NCBI RefSeq assembly: GCF_006345805.1
Contig: NC_043015.1
Coordinates: 34,906,001-34,970,000 of the forward strand
DNA: 64,000 nt
Source: Octopus sinensis
Taxonomy: Eukaryota
Reading direction: 5' to 3'
Shown: one piece after another, positions 24,990 through 38,360 of the stretch
Numbering within the stretch: the first letter of the stretch is position 1
Layout of the letters: each line of letters begins with the position of its first letter
Made by a program: the position numbers and the translations under genes
The notes under the pieces: generated by a model
The model's input: the letters and a program-made list of their open reading frames with translations, nothing else
Told to the model about the DNA's origin: nothing
Databases searched by the model: none

Positions 24990-26620
24990 ACTACTGTTGG
25001 ATTTAGCTACAGTTGAAGCTGTCTGGAAAGAATCTCTCAAATAGAATTGAAGGCAATAGCATGAAAAGGAACTGTAAACAGATTACACTGGGTATTAAAC
25101 TTAATGTTTTAAAAAAACTTGATGCAGAAGATGAACTAAGTTATATTACCAAAGTATTAAATCTTACAATATTTACAGTTAGAACAATATGTTACCTCAA
25201 AGAGAAAATTATGTCAAGTGCTCAAGAAGCTACTCTGTTAACTGTCTGGGCCTTATTTTTTCCATAGATCTAATGTAATGCTTAAAATGGAACGACTCTT
25301 GAGTATATAGATCAAAGATTAGAATCAGCAAAATGTGGCAGTAAACATGATGGTAAATTGAAAAAAAGCCAAAAGTTTATATGATGATTTGCAGGAAAAA
25401 GGTGAAACTTCTAATGAAAAACCCTTTTTGGCTAGTCAAGACTGATTTGAAGTACATGAATTTGCACAACATAAAAATGACTGATGAAACTGCAAGTACT
25501 GATATAGAGGCTGCTACTAGCTATCTTGCACACTTGAAGAAAATGATTGCTAAAAGGGGCTGCACACCAAAGCAAATATGCAACATTAATGAAACTGCAC
25601 ATTCCTGGATGTGCATGCCTGGTAGAACTTTTATTTCTCAAGAAGAAAATTCAATACCAGGATTTAAAGCTTCCAAATATCATCTGACACTTCTTTTGGG
25701 AGGAAATGCTGCTGCTGATATGAAATTAAAGCCCTTACTCATGTATCACTCTTAAAAACAATGGTTACATCAAATTTAATCTACCTCTGATTTGGCATTC
25801 AAATAAGGCATGAATGACTGAGAGCCTTTGCAAAGAGTGGTTTACAAATGTTTTGTTTTTTTTTTGTCATATAGTAGAAAGGTACAATACCAGACAATAT
25901 TTCCAGCAAAGCATTGCTGCTTTTAAACAATGCCCCAAGTCACCCAGTGAACTTAGATGACCTTTCTGATAATGTGACTGTAGAATATATCCCCAAGAAT
26001 ACTTCTTTGCTCCAGCCAATGGATCAAGGTGTGATAGCTAACTTAGAAGCATATTAAATGAGAAGATCTTTCAAATAACTTATGAAAGCAATTGACAGGA
26101 AGAGTAAACCTACAGTTAGAGATTTCTGAAAGAAATTCAATGTAATGGATTCTGTGGATAATATAGCTGAGTGATGGGAAGAAGTGGAAAAACATGGGGG
26201 CAGACTGTGACATAACAAGGGTCAAGCAGAAAGTCTACATCAAATTCAGAAAGATATTGTGGCACTTACAAAGGATATATGGTTTTAAGTCAAAGAGGAT
26301 GATGTGATTGAGTGTCCCATCAAGAAAGTTTATCTAATGAGGAGCTGATGCTCTTAAAAAAAGAACAAGCTGAGAATATAGATGAGACAATTGAAGTTCC
26401 TCATATACTACTTAAATTGACTATAAAAATTATTGTTAAAGAGTTGGCACTTTTAGAGGAAGGTATGCAGGTTTGTCTGATAATGATGCTAATTGTGAAC
26501 ATTACATAAAAATTACAAGAGGAATTTACAAGGATCTCAGTTCCTATACTGTGCTGTATAAAGTGATGTATCATAAAAAACAAACAACTTTAAATAAGTC
26601 CTTCACCTCTCAAGCCAATG
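24990..26620 (+). mobile_element. Tigger/pogo transposase remnant
   Basis: ATG at 25061 gives MKRNCKQITLGIKLNVLKKLD (CENP-B-like HTH); later GFKASKYHLTLLLGGNAAADMKLKPLLMYHS, NAPSHP and LQPMDQGVIA; many stops. Confidence 0.85.
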
Positions 26621-27770
26621 TTCATGATAATGGACTATATTAAATATTGTTCTTCATCCTCCTAGTGACACTCATTCCACCACCACCACCCCTCGCACAG
26701 TAGTCAACGTCTTTTGTGGTAGGAACGTGCTCTTACAATATGATTCTTATTAATTTCATAACATATTCCTCGTGAAATGTTTTTGTATTATGTACTCTGT
26801 GTGTTTAGAAATTGTTTTCATGTATAAAGGTGATCGTGTTCCTTGTTCTTTGTTGTTGCCTTGTACATTTTTTCTGCAAGAGTCCATAGGAATACAATCT
26901 CACTTAATGACAAGAAAATCAATAGAAAAATTCATCCCACAACATGAGATTCACATTACAGCCAGATTTCCAAGAACATGTTTTACTTTCATAAGGTGAC
27001 AGATTCATTCCTCTATGTATATCTCATCTAAAGTAGTTGAAATTTTTTGAAAATATGTTACAGATAGGTTTATCAAAACTGAATAACATTCACTGAGAAT
27101 GTTGATACTGAATGGCACTTTTCAATTCCATCCTTCCTACTATCAAATAAAGACCTCAGAATATTATCTTCCCAAAATTGGATCAGTTCCATTTGTAAAT
27201 TGCCAGTTACTTTGAGGATATCAATCAGATGTGGATTGAAAACCTAGTTTCAAAATGAAATTTTGTTTCTTTAAATCTAAAACTTTGATTGCTTTCATAA
27301 GTTTTGGTGCCTTATTTTTAATTTATTCTGTTTAGTACATATGATGTTTCAACCATTATGGAGGTTTTAAGCTTTCTCAATGTAGCTGTTATGCCATTGT
27401 CATATTTTGATTCTAATACTAATTTTATAATGCAGTTGACCATCTCAATTTGTTTTAACAAAGTGCACTTTTTGAATTCAGTCCTTCTTAATATTCTGTA
27501 CAAGCATCCTTCCTGTATCCTACATTCTTCCATGACAAATCATGATCGTACTATAGCCGTTGGTTAATTAAAATATATATTGTATGACTTTGGCAATGGT
27601 GTAATTAACTACACCTTTGCTATGTTTAAAAGGAAATCAACTCTTGCTATTGAAACTTGGGTATAACTCAATTAATTTTGTTCTACTAACCCTTTTCTTA
27701 ATGTATTTTAGTATTGTTAACTCTCTTGCTTTGCTTTGTTTTCTATACATTGTCTTTTTTTTTTTAACAG

Positions 27771-27894
27771 ATTATAAGCACTGGTAAGAACGACAACAGT
27801 AATAGGTTTCAAATAAGGAAAGGCCATATTACTGAAATGGCAAACAAAATTAAAGATGGGATCCAAATTGGAGCCATGATGTCAAGCAAAAAAA
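27771..27894 (+). CDS. SH3KBP1: Exon: SH3A-SH3B linker (IISTGKNDNSNRFQIRKGHITEMANKIKDGIQIGAMMSSKK)
   Basis: Long T tract + aacag acceptor, A|gtaaga donor, 124 nt open, phase 0 to 1, exactly bridging the flanking exons; GHITEMANKI loosely resembles the CD2AP linker GNVASLVQRI (from memory). Confidence 0.78.
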
Positions 27895-28371
27895 GTAAGA
27901 CTTTTTGTATCATTGGGGTTTGGAAAGCAGGCTTGTTTTTATTGTTAAATACAAAAATATTCTGTTTTGTTGTTGTGGATAAATAATGCAGGTCATTTGA
28001 TTTCACTTTTCTTTTTAACTAACTCTTTTCCTGATAGATATCTTGTCGACCAATTACCTGCTTGAAATAAAATACTTTCTTCAAATTGAATCCAACTATC
28101 TTAAGGGTAATTAGTCATAATCATATTTTTGTTTTGTTTTTAAATTTTATTCATCAGTGAATGCAACAGAGACAACACCTCAAATATGTGAGCAATAGTT
28201 CAATGAGGGCTATATTCAGGCTCTGAAGAGGATCAGTATCTGATTAAAGCTGAAGTTTTTTTTCTGGTCCTGAAAAGAACACATTGTTTTTGATATCGCA
28301 ACATATTGTGAGGTTGCCGTGAGACATACCAGAATACGTGATGTCTAGCATCTATCACAAGTTTGAGGACT

Positions 28372-28630
28372 ATTATCATCATCATCATCATCATTTAACA
28401 TCTGTCTTCTATTTTGGAATGGGATAGATGGTTTAATAAGAGCTGGTCAGCGAGAGGACTGTGCTGGGCTCTGCTGTCGGCTTTCACTTTGATGTTGCTG
28501 TTAAGAAGTGAGCCAATGAATTTGGTAGATGTTACCTTATGTCTGCTTTTGAACCAGCATTCTTGATTTTTGTAGGGTTGGTGTAGTTGTACAACTGCAT
28601 CTGATAATAGCAAAAGGATGCAAGAGTTGA
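28372..28630 (-). mobile_element. RTE-like 3' end fragment
   Basis: (CAT)n + ttaacatctgtcttc tail signature. Confidence 0.55.
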
Positions 28631-29650
28631 AATTTGGAGAGTGGAATATGGGTTAGTAATGTCAAAGATTGTGATTTTGCTCAGTTTTCAAATTTTCATG
28701 TTAGTACCAGCAGTTGTAGTAGATGTTACTTTATGCAATCATTCATTCAGGACCCACATGTATTTGGGATTTTATCTAGCCTTGATGTATTGGTGTTTTT
28801 AGATTTCCCTGTTATTTTTTGAGTTTCTAGGAAGGAGGTACATATTTCTTGTTCTGTAGTTTTGTCTTCTTTGTGGAGTTTTTAGACACTGATTTTTGAG
28901 AAATGTTTGTTTGCTTGATGTTACTGTGTATTTAGAGTTGCTATTATGTCATGGAGTGCACTGTAACTTGTTCATTATGCCAATAACCCCATACAGTGTT
29001 TTGCAGTTTTTGTAATTCATCTTGGATAGAAGATTTTACAATTTTTCAGTTCTGCTGTACTTTGGGGTTTTCTAACTTGCATAATATATGTTCCTTATTA
29101 GTTATTTGTTGCTGAGTTTTATCTCTGTTATATGGTTTCGATATATTGTGTTTGAGGGTAGCTATTTCTGATGTGTGATTGGAATTGTATTTGTTATGTT
29201 GCCTTGTGGAGACTAATTTTGGAAGTGTCTATTTTTGCTTTGTTGACTCTGAACAGAAGAGTCAATGTTGATGAAGTGCAGTATTGTTGAATTGTCAAGC
29301 TTTGATTTTGTTTCTTGATGGAACCCATTCCTTTGGGCTTTTATGGAGTTTGTGAAAGTGTGGTTAAGATGCTAATTAACAAGTGGTTTGAAGAGAGATG
29401 GAGAATTGTTAGCTACATGGTTGTAGTAGATATGTGAGACAGAAAATGATATCTGGAGAAGAATCGTTAATAGTTAGGTTGGTGTGAGCTGTTTATGATG
29501 TTATATGTGTTGAAGTCTCCCTCTCCCAATTATGCCATTTGGGAGAGTGTTACGATGTTGAACCTGATGGGATATTTAGGGAGTTTTAGGTTTGTTTGTT
29601 AATGTAATTTGTGTTGTTGGCTTCCATATTGAAATTCGTTTTTAACTTTC
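28630..29650 (-). mobile_element. Decayed Penelope-like remnant
   Basis: T/G-rich + strand, i.e. A-rich coding on the minus strand, like 20540-21860; only weak GIY-YIG/RT C-terminal similarity. Confidence 0.45.
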
Positions 29651-29689
29651 AGCCAGGAGGGATGGTTATGCCCATGATCTTTTACAGGT

Positions 29690-30660
29690 CTTCCGAGATT
29701 GGTAAGAGGGACAAAAGAAGGAAACCTGAGACCTGGTCCATGTACTTGCAGATACCCAAAGATCCAAGTTGGTAGTGTCTAACTGAGCAATAGATGACGT
29801 GTACCAACTATGTAGGCCATGACAGAGAATCACTATCGTCATCTGGTCCAGCTTGCTCAAACATTTTTAGCCGAAACAGGCCATCCATCTCAGTCCAACA
29901 TTAGTTGAAGGAGACCTTCAGGAAAGCATCCGGTGTCTATGCTGTGTTGATCTACATATGTTATGTTTGGATGACCTACTCGAGTGAGGCTGGGCTTTGG
30001 CATCCATATCAGTAGGTCACATGCATGCACTTGTTCAGCTCGCTAGCAAAGCTCTGGCACCTTCCCCTTATTTTGGTGGAAACAGGCAGATCTTCATACA
30101 GCTCTGTCTTAGTGAGATAAGTTCTCCAAGATATGTTTAAGATTGCTCTTAACATTCAGGTGTAAGTTCTATCTAACTTCAATTCCAGTTTTGTTGTAAA
30201 CATCCAGGCTGTTGCTCATTATACGACTGACTACTGTTGCATGGGAAAAATTCCTTTTAAAGGTTGTCTGACAAAGTTGATTTCCAGACAACATCCAGTT
30301 TGTTTAGTGCCAACCATGTTTTGGCTGTCTGAGTTTTTTAAATTTTCTTTCGGACATCTATCTCAATAAATAATTAATGTAGACTATGCTGGTTGTTTAG
30401 TCTTACTCTCTGACACAATATCAAACTCCACCCAATTATTTCATCGTCTAGAATTAGCTGCACATGTTGTATTATTTAATCCTAGTAAAACCAAATTCAT
30501 TGCTCACAATCAACAAGGATCTATCCCCAACGTTAGCGGAGATCCTATCAATCAAGTTGATGATTTCACATCCCTCAGTTCGAAGATGGCCTCAACTGAA
30601 CTCAGAAGGCAAGAAAGAAATGGAACAGAAACTGCAAGTCATTTGGTATTCTTTTACATA
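29690..30660 (-). mobile_element. RTE-clade LINE ORF2 C-terminal remnant (minus, ~29690-30420) plus a head-to-head + strand fragment (~30480-30660)
   Basis: Minus: LALNKLDVVWKSTLSDN and DLLIWMPK..RVGHPNITYVDQ; plus: SGDPINQVDDFTSLSSKMASTE. Confidence 0.6.
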
Positions 30661-31859
30661 TTTCAGTCATATGACTGTGGCCAAGCTGAAGCACCGCCTT
30701 AGTCAAAGAAATCGACCCCAGGACTTATTCTTTGTAAGCCTAGCACTTATTCTAATGGTATCTTTTGCCGAACCGCTAAGTTAGGGGAACATAAACATAC
30801 CAACATCGGTTGTCAAGCAGTGGTGGTGGGGACAAACATACACACAGACATGCACACCAGTGGTATAGCTAAGGTATGGCAGGCAGAGCACTTGCCATGG
30901 GCGCAGTTGTGAGTCATGAATGAGTAAAGTCACTTAATTTTGGCAAATATTTCAGTCCATTCATGCACCCCCACCCAGAAAACCACCCCGCTACAATATT
31001 TGTTGTTTTGAATCAAGAAGTATGCAGGTAGACCATCGTGTCCCCCATCCCCGCAAGTTAATATCCTTCTGCCTTCAGACCATCATCGGCGCACTTCCCC
31101 CTCTACCCTCACTTGTCAAAGTATCCATTCACTAGTTATTTAATTGGCTACCAGTTGTACACCCCCTTGCAAATTAGCCCACAGCTTAGTCAGAAGTAGC
31201 TACTTCCCCTTAATGTTTAAAGCTCTATACATATAGCTGTTTGTGTGTTATTAAGATCTCCTCCATCATAATACTGCCCAGTTTTATTGGAGAATAATAT
31301 AAAATATGAGCCATCTTCATCAACACCATTGTTTTAATGTCCACTTTTCCATGCTTGCATGGGTCAGACAAAGCTTATTGAAGCTGATTTTTCAATGGCC
31401 AGATGCCCTTCTTATCACCAACCCTCACCTGTTTCCTAATATTTACCCTTGGCTCAGCATGTCTTTTACAGAAAATTGGAAATAAAGGACACTCCTTGTA
31501 TGACTGTGACACTTATTTACAATTATCACTTGGTGACAAGAAGAGATACTCCCAGATATACACACACAATCACATGATGGCTATCCACTTATGACTAACG
31601 AAAACCATCACTGACCATTAAGAACACTGTACACTCAGACAAATTTATATTTTACTCTTGTAGCTTTGCTGGTGTCTGATGAGTCTAGCAATTGATAAGT
31701 ATAAACATCTGCAGATACTTTGTGATGCCATGTTAGTACCAGACACAAAACCCAAGAGCCCTTCTGAAGCCTTAAAAATATTTTATCATCCAAGGTGCAA
31801 GAGTAGTTGAGTGTGCAAATTTGTCTACCACTTTCAGTACTGATCTTTCAACTAAGATA

Positions 31860-33280
31860 GATGGTTTCACATATGGGTTTCATGGCTTAGGCTGGAACAT
31901 TACAACAGTCTTGTCCTGGTTAATGCTGAGTCCAAATGTCTTGCATGATGCAGAAATATGATCCATGAGAATTGGCATATCTTCAGCTGTATGAGTAACC
32001 AAGTCACAATAGACCACATAAAGGTGGTCATAAATAAGAGCCTGAAACACTTTTATATTGGCAACAAATTGATGCAAGTTGAAGAGACAACCAGAAGGTA
32101 CTTTACCTGTATTTCAGAAGAGCAATCCACAAGAAAAGCATGTGTGAGAGTAACACAAAATAGAAATTGACACTATTCTCTACAGGAATGCATCCGGCCA
32201 TGCCACTATCAGCATTGACCCACGATAACATCTCATCATGAAACAATTTAATTATTGATACAAAGTGACCTGGACAACTAAATTTCCTGAGTATTTTACA
32301 CAGGGAGGCCCTATTCACAGTATCAAAGGCTTTGATTAAATAAATGAAAATCTGGACAAGATCCATATTCTACTCATATCACTTCTGCATCTGTCTTGCT
32401 GTGAAAATCAGATCAACTGTCTCCCTACCTGAATGGAAATCACATTAAGAGTCAGATAGGATGTTATTTACAAAGTATTATTCAAATGTGCAAGAAGGAT
32501 ACTTGCCAGAGCCTTGCCAGCAACAGACAATAGAGCAATATTTCTATGCTTGCCACACTTTATTTTGACTCACTTTCCTTTATGAGAAAAAGGATAATTG
32601 CATCCTTCTAGTTCTTAGAAACATCACTACTCTCCAGACTACACTAATAAGCTTGTAAAACTTCTGTGTGACATCTCCGTACAAATCCCGTCTTTACCAG
32701 GTACTTTATCAAAATTCAACTTTACTACTATTGAAGGTGCAAAATACAAGAAGCCTGTGACAGGTGTTAGTTGAAGAGTATCAATTACAGCATCAGTTAC
32801 CACTGACACATTGTTTAAAAGTTGAGAAAGATATTCAATCCAGTGACCTGTAATTTCTCTTGATTTAGTAAGTAGAACAGAGCTCTCCTTAGATAGGCCC
32901 ATATATTTGCTTCATAAGATGGTAGAGCTTCTTGCTGTCATTTGCATCAGTGGCAGCTTGAATATAAGATCTTCACACCAAATGTTTTGCATCTTCCTGA
33001 GTGATTGCTGCAGTAGGAATTTTGTATTCTTATAATGGGTAAGTGCTAGATCCTTCTGCCCATCTTATAACCCTACATTGTGTAGTACTACATTGTGAGC
33101 ATTGAGAAACTGCCACAGAAACAGTGATACTGAAAGACTCTAACTAAGAAGTAGAAGCTTAAGATCAGTGGAGACTGCCTTTGAATGTCATAGAGTCCCA
33201 GGCAGCACTTGCTAAACAACAGCAGTAAAAGTACTACATAGTAAATTAATGCTAAAAAGCAAACAAACCAACCATATTGT
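31860..33280 (-). mobile_element. RTE (BovB-like) LINE RT remnant
   Basis: IKAFDTVNRASLCKILRKFSCP, FGLSINQDKTVVMFQP, HWIEYLSQLLN. Confidence 0.75.
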
Positions 33281-34729
33281 CAGTGAGCTCCTCTCTTTCT
33301 GATGTCCTCACATACACCCACAAAACAGCTGAACTGATATACCCCAAAGAGTAAAATATCTGCTAACAAAAGAGACAGTGAGCCCCTTGGAACTCCGATA
33401 TGTAACCGAAAATGTAAATTATGTCACATTTCTGTGAAAGACATTACATTTGTGATTAGCAGCTGCCCAGAAATGTCATGAATATACTATGTTCCTATGT
33501 GATATGACATTGTCATTAAAACAATATACAATGCCATCCTGACAAAAGACTGTCTTGGATTAAATTGAATACATACATAAAAATCAACTCTTGGAATATT
33601 GGTTGAACATTCCCATCAAAACTTCTAGCAAGTGTAACAGGTCAGGTGTTGTTTTGGACAGACAAGAAAACACAGGTAGCATGATACTGGGTAGCTACCC
33701 TGCTTCTATAAATAGCTCTTAAAAATCAAAGAGAAAGAGAATAACTATGGATAACTGCTTTGAAACCCCTAGATTTTATACTCAGATTATGAATTCATAT
33801 GTATACCAATAATAATTTTTGTGCTTGGTTTAGTGAGTAAATGCCTAAGTGACAATCTTGATAAGCTAGGGTTCTCAGAAAAAGAAATCAACCAGCTAAT
33901 TCCCACATTGCAAATATAGTCTGTAAGTGGAACAGTAAAAATATACAAACATTTTCTCAAGTTTAAAATGTGAATTTGTTTTTGCTGTCTGCATTCCAAG
34001 GTGGAGCTTTGTATCTTTGTTAGAAACCAGCTCCTTCCTGAAAGGAAGATCTCAGATAATTAAAAATAGAAGAGAACTACCACTTTTGTGGTCAAATTTC
34101 ATACCTCACAACCAGTATGATTTAGTTTTAAAGATTATTATTGTACTATGGAATCCACCAATTTTACTTGGTGACTGAACTTCAGATTTGCAAATTGGGC
34201 CAGTGACAGTTGTTAAAGTATAAACTACGTAGATTTCTACATTTATCGCAGACCAATCTTGTTAGCCTGGTTAGGAAGTGACCCTATGAAGAATTTCACC
34301 AGGACCCTTGATCCTATTTTCATTTGATGTTTGAATACACATACGACTTCATGTGCTCAAAGTGAATACAGCAATTATACATTTCCACATGACTGAAAGA
34401 TATGTCATTACCATCAAGAAAAAAATTGAAGTCTCATTGTTAACACCAACTCCTTTATATGACATATAAGATGGAGAGCCTATCATTTCAATAATGCTAA
34501 TGAGATTGGTATGTATGCCTGTAATGAGGATAACATTATGCAAGAATTTAGATGTAGAAAGAACCCACTCCTTGCAGCTTTTGAGAATGAACTATAAACA
34601 TCTGCTCCTTGCAGCTTTTGAGGATAAACTGTAAATATCGTCGAGAACATCAAGTTCTATAAATTCCCTTTGCAAAGAAATGGAGCATTTAAGTAAACTG
34701 CACCTCCTGACCAAGGAACTTAAAAAGAA

Positions 34730-35500
34730 ATCTGGAATTCTTGTCCATGCTGATAAGACTGGTAGTTTTCATAATTTGGGCTATCACTCATATAAACATC
34801 TTATTAGGAAAGTTGCCACTGAGTTTGTCTTCACTAACAACTAAATTGGAAAGGATATAGTAAGTAAATTATATATAGAAGACAACACTGAACCATATTC
34901 TCCTAGGATACCCAGGTTAAACTTGAAGGACTTAAACCCAACTTTAAACTAATCCTGCAGATAGATTGTCAATTGTATGTAACTATCAATAATTTACTTC
35001 CTCTCCACAAGTCTCATTTACACTTAAGCAAGTAATTAAATTTGACCTATAAAGTTATGGATTTATTTAAAGCAATCAAGATTAATTTAATTTATTCAAA
35101 TAGATATCTAGTTGTTACTCAATCATTAACCCAATTTTACTGAATAAGGTACTCATTTTTGCAATGAAAAATTCTAATTCATACAAGCATGAAATTGATA
35201 TTATTTTAGAAGCTAGGGTGTGGGTAAAAGAATTTGAAGGTAAATATTGGCCCAGAAAGGACAGACCTAATAATCTTAACTATGGGGTCAGGTGACTCTG
35301 CAGAAGTAAATAACTTAGTAGGAATATACATATTACACTGCTTAAGTTGGGAATTTCTTGAGATGAATAATAATATGAGTAAAGTAGACCCTTATGTGAA
35401 TATAGCTTGATCAAGTAATTGTGGTATGAATTCTGAAAAACAATGGACTAGATTAAGACAAATTATATGGTACTATTCACTATATGGTACTCAAGTAGCC
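34730..35500 (+). mobile_element. Penelope-like RT remnant
   Basis: LVHADKTGSF and MGSGDSAEVNNLVGIY, resembling PLE ADKT and MGSxDGAExCELVGLY. Confidence 0.65.
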
Positions 35501-35509
35501 ACTAAATAT

Positions 35510-35927
35510 AGCCTCGGTTATTCCTAACAAGAGGGACTATAAAAAAAGTAAGATGTACAACCTGCATTAAACTATTAGGGGCTACTATTTATATGCTGTG
35601 GGGTTACAAGTACTATTATGGGGTAGTGTAAGTACATCTAGTGTTATTTATAATAGTAAGAAATAGGCAATAGATATGGGTGGGGGTTAACATTTAAGAC
35701 AATGGGGAAGGGGTAGGTAGTTATTTGACTACCTACAGGAGCCTCTTACTATTATAAATAACACTAGATATACTTACACTACCCCATAATAGTACCTGTA
35801 ACCCCACAGCATATAAATAGTAGCCCCTAATAGTTTAATGCAGGTCGTACATCTTACTCTTTTTATAGTCCCTCTTGTTAGGAATAACCGAGGCTCTTGT
35901 AGGTAGTCAAATAACCAACCCCTCCCC
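35510..35927. repeat. Interleaved inverted repeats A-spacer-B-A'-B'
   Basis: A 35510-35661 / A' 35744-35895 (about 4 mismatches in 152 bp); B 35704-35744 / B' 35891-35927. Confidence 0.92.
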
Positions 35928-36324
35928 TTACCCTTCTCCTAAGTTTCAATATCTAAAAAAAACAAAAAAGAAATTCAGAGGATCACATCATGAAGCACAA
36001 GGGATACATAATGATTAGAACAGTTATGAATTTGTTGTATTGTCAGAAAACAGTATTTCCAATATTTCATTCAAATCTTGTGTGTGTGTTACTTGTGCAT
36101 ATTATATGTGTGAACAGCTGTAAGAAATTACAAAAGAAAATGCTGAAGATGAAGGGCTTATTTATGTGTGAACAAACGGCTGAATTTAAAAGTTGCATCT
36201 CATTTTCTTTTAGGTTGTTGAAATTTTGTTAACAGTGGTAAACTTAGATTAAAAATGTCATATTTAATAAATAAATAAATACCTCTGAAATATTTTATTT
36301 CTCTCTGCTTCTTTTTAGTTTCAG

Positions 36325-36431
36325 TTGGATCTAAAAAGAAAAAGCTTGCAAAAGTGCAATTTGAATACATTCCTGAAGCAGAAGACGAACTGGAGCTTCA
36401 CATTGGAGATGTTCTAGAAGTGTACCGTGAG
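36325..36431 (+). CDS. SH3KBP1: Exon: SH3-B N-terminal half (GSKKKKLAKVQFEYIPEAEDELELHIGDVLEVYRE)
   Basis: tttcag acceptor (in-frame alternative ttttag ending 36318), GAG|gtgag donor, phase 1 to 0; FEY..EDELEL motif. Confidence 0.93.
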
Positions 36432-37240
36432 GTGAGTTCTATAAACTTTTCTTGTTACATATTTCCCTATAATCCTTTAAGATCTCACTCTGATATTATC
36501 AGAACCTATTAATCCAGTATTTCTCTAATCCTATTCGAATTCAAAAATTTCTTCTTCACACAAGCACAGCAGCTTTTCAGTATTCTAAATTTTATTTTTT
36601 GTTTGAAAATAATCTTCATTCAAATGCCATTTATTTCATTTTTTTTAATATGTCAGTCATTTGTTTCTCAATGCTTTTTTTAAAATAGAAGTTGCTTGTT
36701 TATTCAGTTCTATGACTAAAACACCATTCAGTTTCTAATATTTTTGCTGTCATTACACCTGCATTACACCTGCTGTCATTTACACCTGCAACAAGCTGAG
36801 GCTTGTGAATCTATTTCAGTTGATGCATCCTTAGATTTTTTCAATAAGTGAAATAAATATATTTCATTACTCAAGTCTGTCACGTGCCCCTATTGCTTTT
36901 GCGTATACATTATTTACACTGGTTAGATTTATTTGCTCTGATCCATCACTACACCCCACATTCCTGTTTAGTGGGTCTGGTCATTAAATGGTTGTTAGTA
37001 GTGCACAATGTTAGGTAGGATGTGTGTGAAGGGGAGAATAACCAATATTTTCACAAGTTTCTTTTCTTTTTTTTATTTGCATTAGCATATGTACAACAAT
37101 TATTTGGATGAAATAACGTGTAAGAGTTAAGTTTTCATTGCATAAAATATTTCAATTATTTATTCAAAAATTGTTATGGTTATTAAAGGCAAAGTTCTAC
37201 ATGGCACCTGAGGTTGTTCTGTTTAAAAGTTCAATATCCC

Positions 37241-38360
37241 AGGTGCAGAAGTAGCTATGTGGTAAGTAGCTTGCTTAACAACCACATGGTTCCGGGTTCT
37301 CCTGCAGTTGCCCTACCAGAAATATAGCATCAATGGTGCTTCTGCCTGGCACAAAACCAAACTGCATCTCATCTAGGCTAACTCTCTCCCTAATTAGTTG
37401 GGCTATGACCCTCTCTATAACTTTCATCACCTGATCCAACAATTTGATACCCCTGTAGTAATTTCTATCTAAAGCATCACCTTTCCCCTTGTAGCAGTTG
37501 ACTATGGTGCTGCTACACCAATCATTGGGTAGGACTCCTTCATGGACTACCTGATTTATGATGCAGGTGACAAAACCATAACTCACACCACTTGATATTT
37601 TAAGCTTCTCAGCGGTGCTTTCCCTGTCTTCAAATCATTAATTGTTATATCTACCAGGGTACTGTCAATTCAGGGAGCTGATCCCTCAATTGGGTCAACC
37701 TTTAGCAGACTCTCCTCCCATTCATTCAGCAGTCTTTCATAATGGCATCTCCAAGCTGCTTTCTTTGCAAAATCATTAAATGTAAGTGAGACGTCATCCA
37801 TGCAGACACATTTCTCTCCTATGACATCATGGTTTTCTCTCACACATTCTTGCAATCTGAAATACTTCAGTTCTTTGGTCTTCATGTCACTGAACATTGG
37901 CAAACTTCTTTTCTGCTCCTTCCTTACCTATATATACCTGTCTCCTATCTTCCCTTTTGGCTATCTGATACTGTCCCCTGCTAACCCTACTCTTCCAGGC
38001 CTGTTTCTTTGCTCTAATGGCCTTGTCTACAGTATTGTTCAACCACCATGTTACCCTTGGTCTGGAAGGGACTTTTCAGCAGCCACAAATTTGGTCTGTG
38101 GCACTCAGCAAGCTGTCTCGCAAGAATTCCCAGCTGCCTTCTGTGTCACAGGACTGTAGCTTCTCCCTCTCATCAAATTTCTCGGTCAGGAAATCCCTAA
38201 ATCTCTGACCATGTGAAGGGTTCTTCAGCTTCCAAGTCCTTCTTTTCCAGAGTGGTTTGCTTTTTGGCATACTTCTGGCCTTGAATCTAAAGTCACTAAC
38301 AACTAGTCTATGTTGTGGGGTACATTCTTCAAGAGCAACCATGCATCCTGCTGTCTGGTG
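37241..38360 (-). mobile_element. RTE LINE ORF2 internal fragment (minus) abutting a + strand SINE head (37241-37298)
   Basis: DWCSSTIVNCYKGKGDALDRNYYRGIKLLDQVMKVIERV..MQFGFVPGRSTIDAIF; PQHRLVVSDF. Confidence 0.85.

Noticed and set aside
28220-28330. Sense-strand hammerhead (CTGAAGA GGATCAG..CTGGTCC T GAAA)
   Set aside because: Extra base before GAAA and no helix III or cleavage triplet; at most a decayed remnant
29690-30660. Twin-priming 5' inversion of one LINE
   Set aside because: The two oppositely oriented pieces overlap in ORF2 position but differ in sequence, favouring separate insertions
31670-31722. Sense-strand hammerhead (CTGATGAGTCTAG..)
   Set aside because: Helix II partner and GAAA are not intact
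34568-34640. Short tandem duplications (also 36760-36790, 55770-55800)
   Set aside because: Two or three copies only; ordinary slippage products
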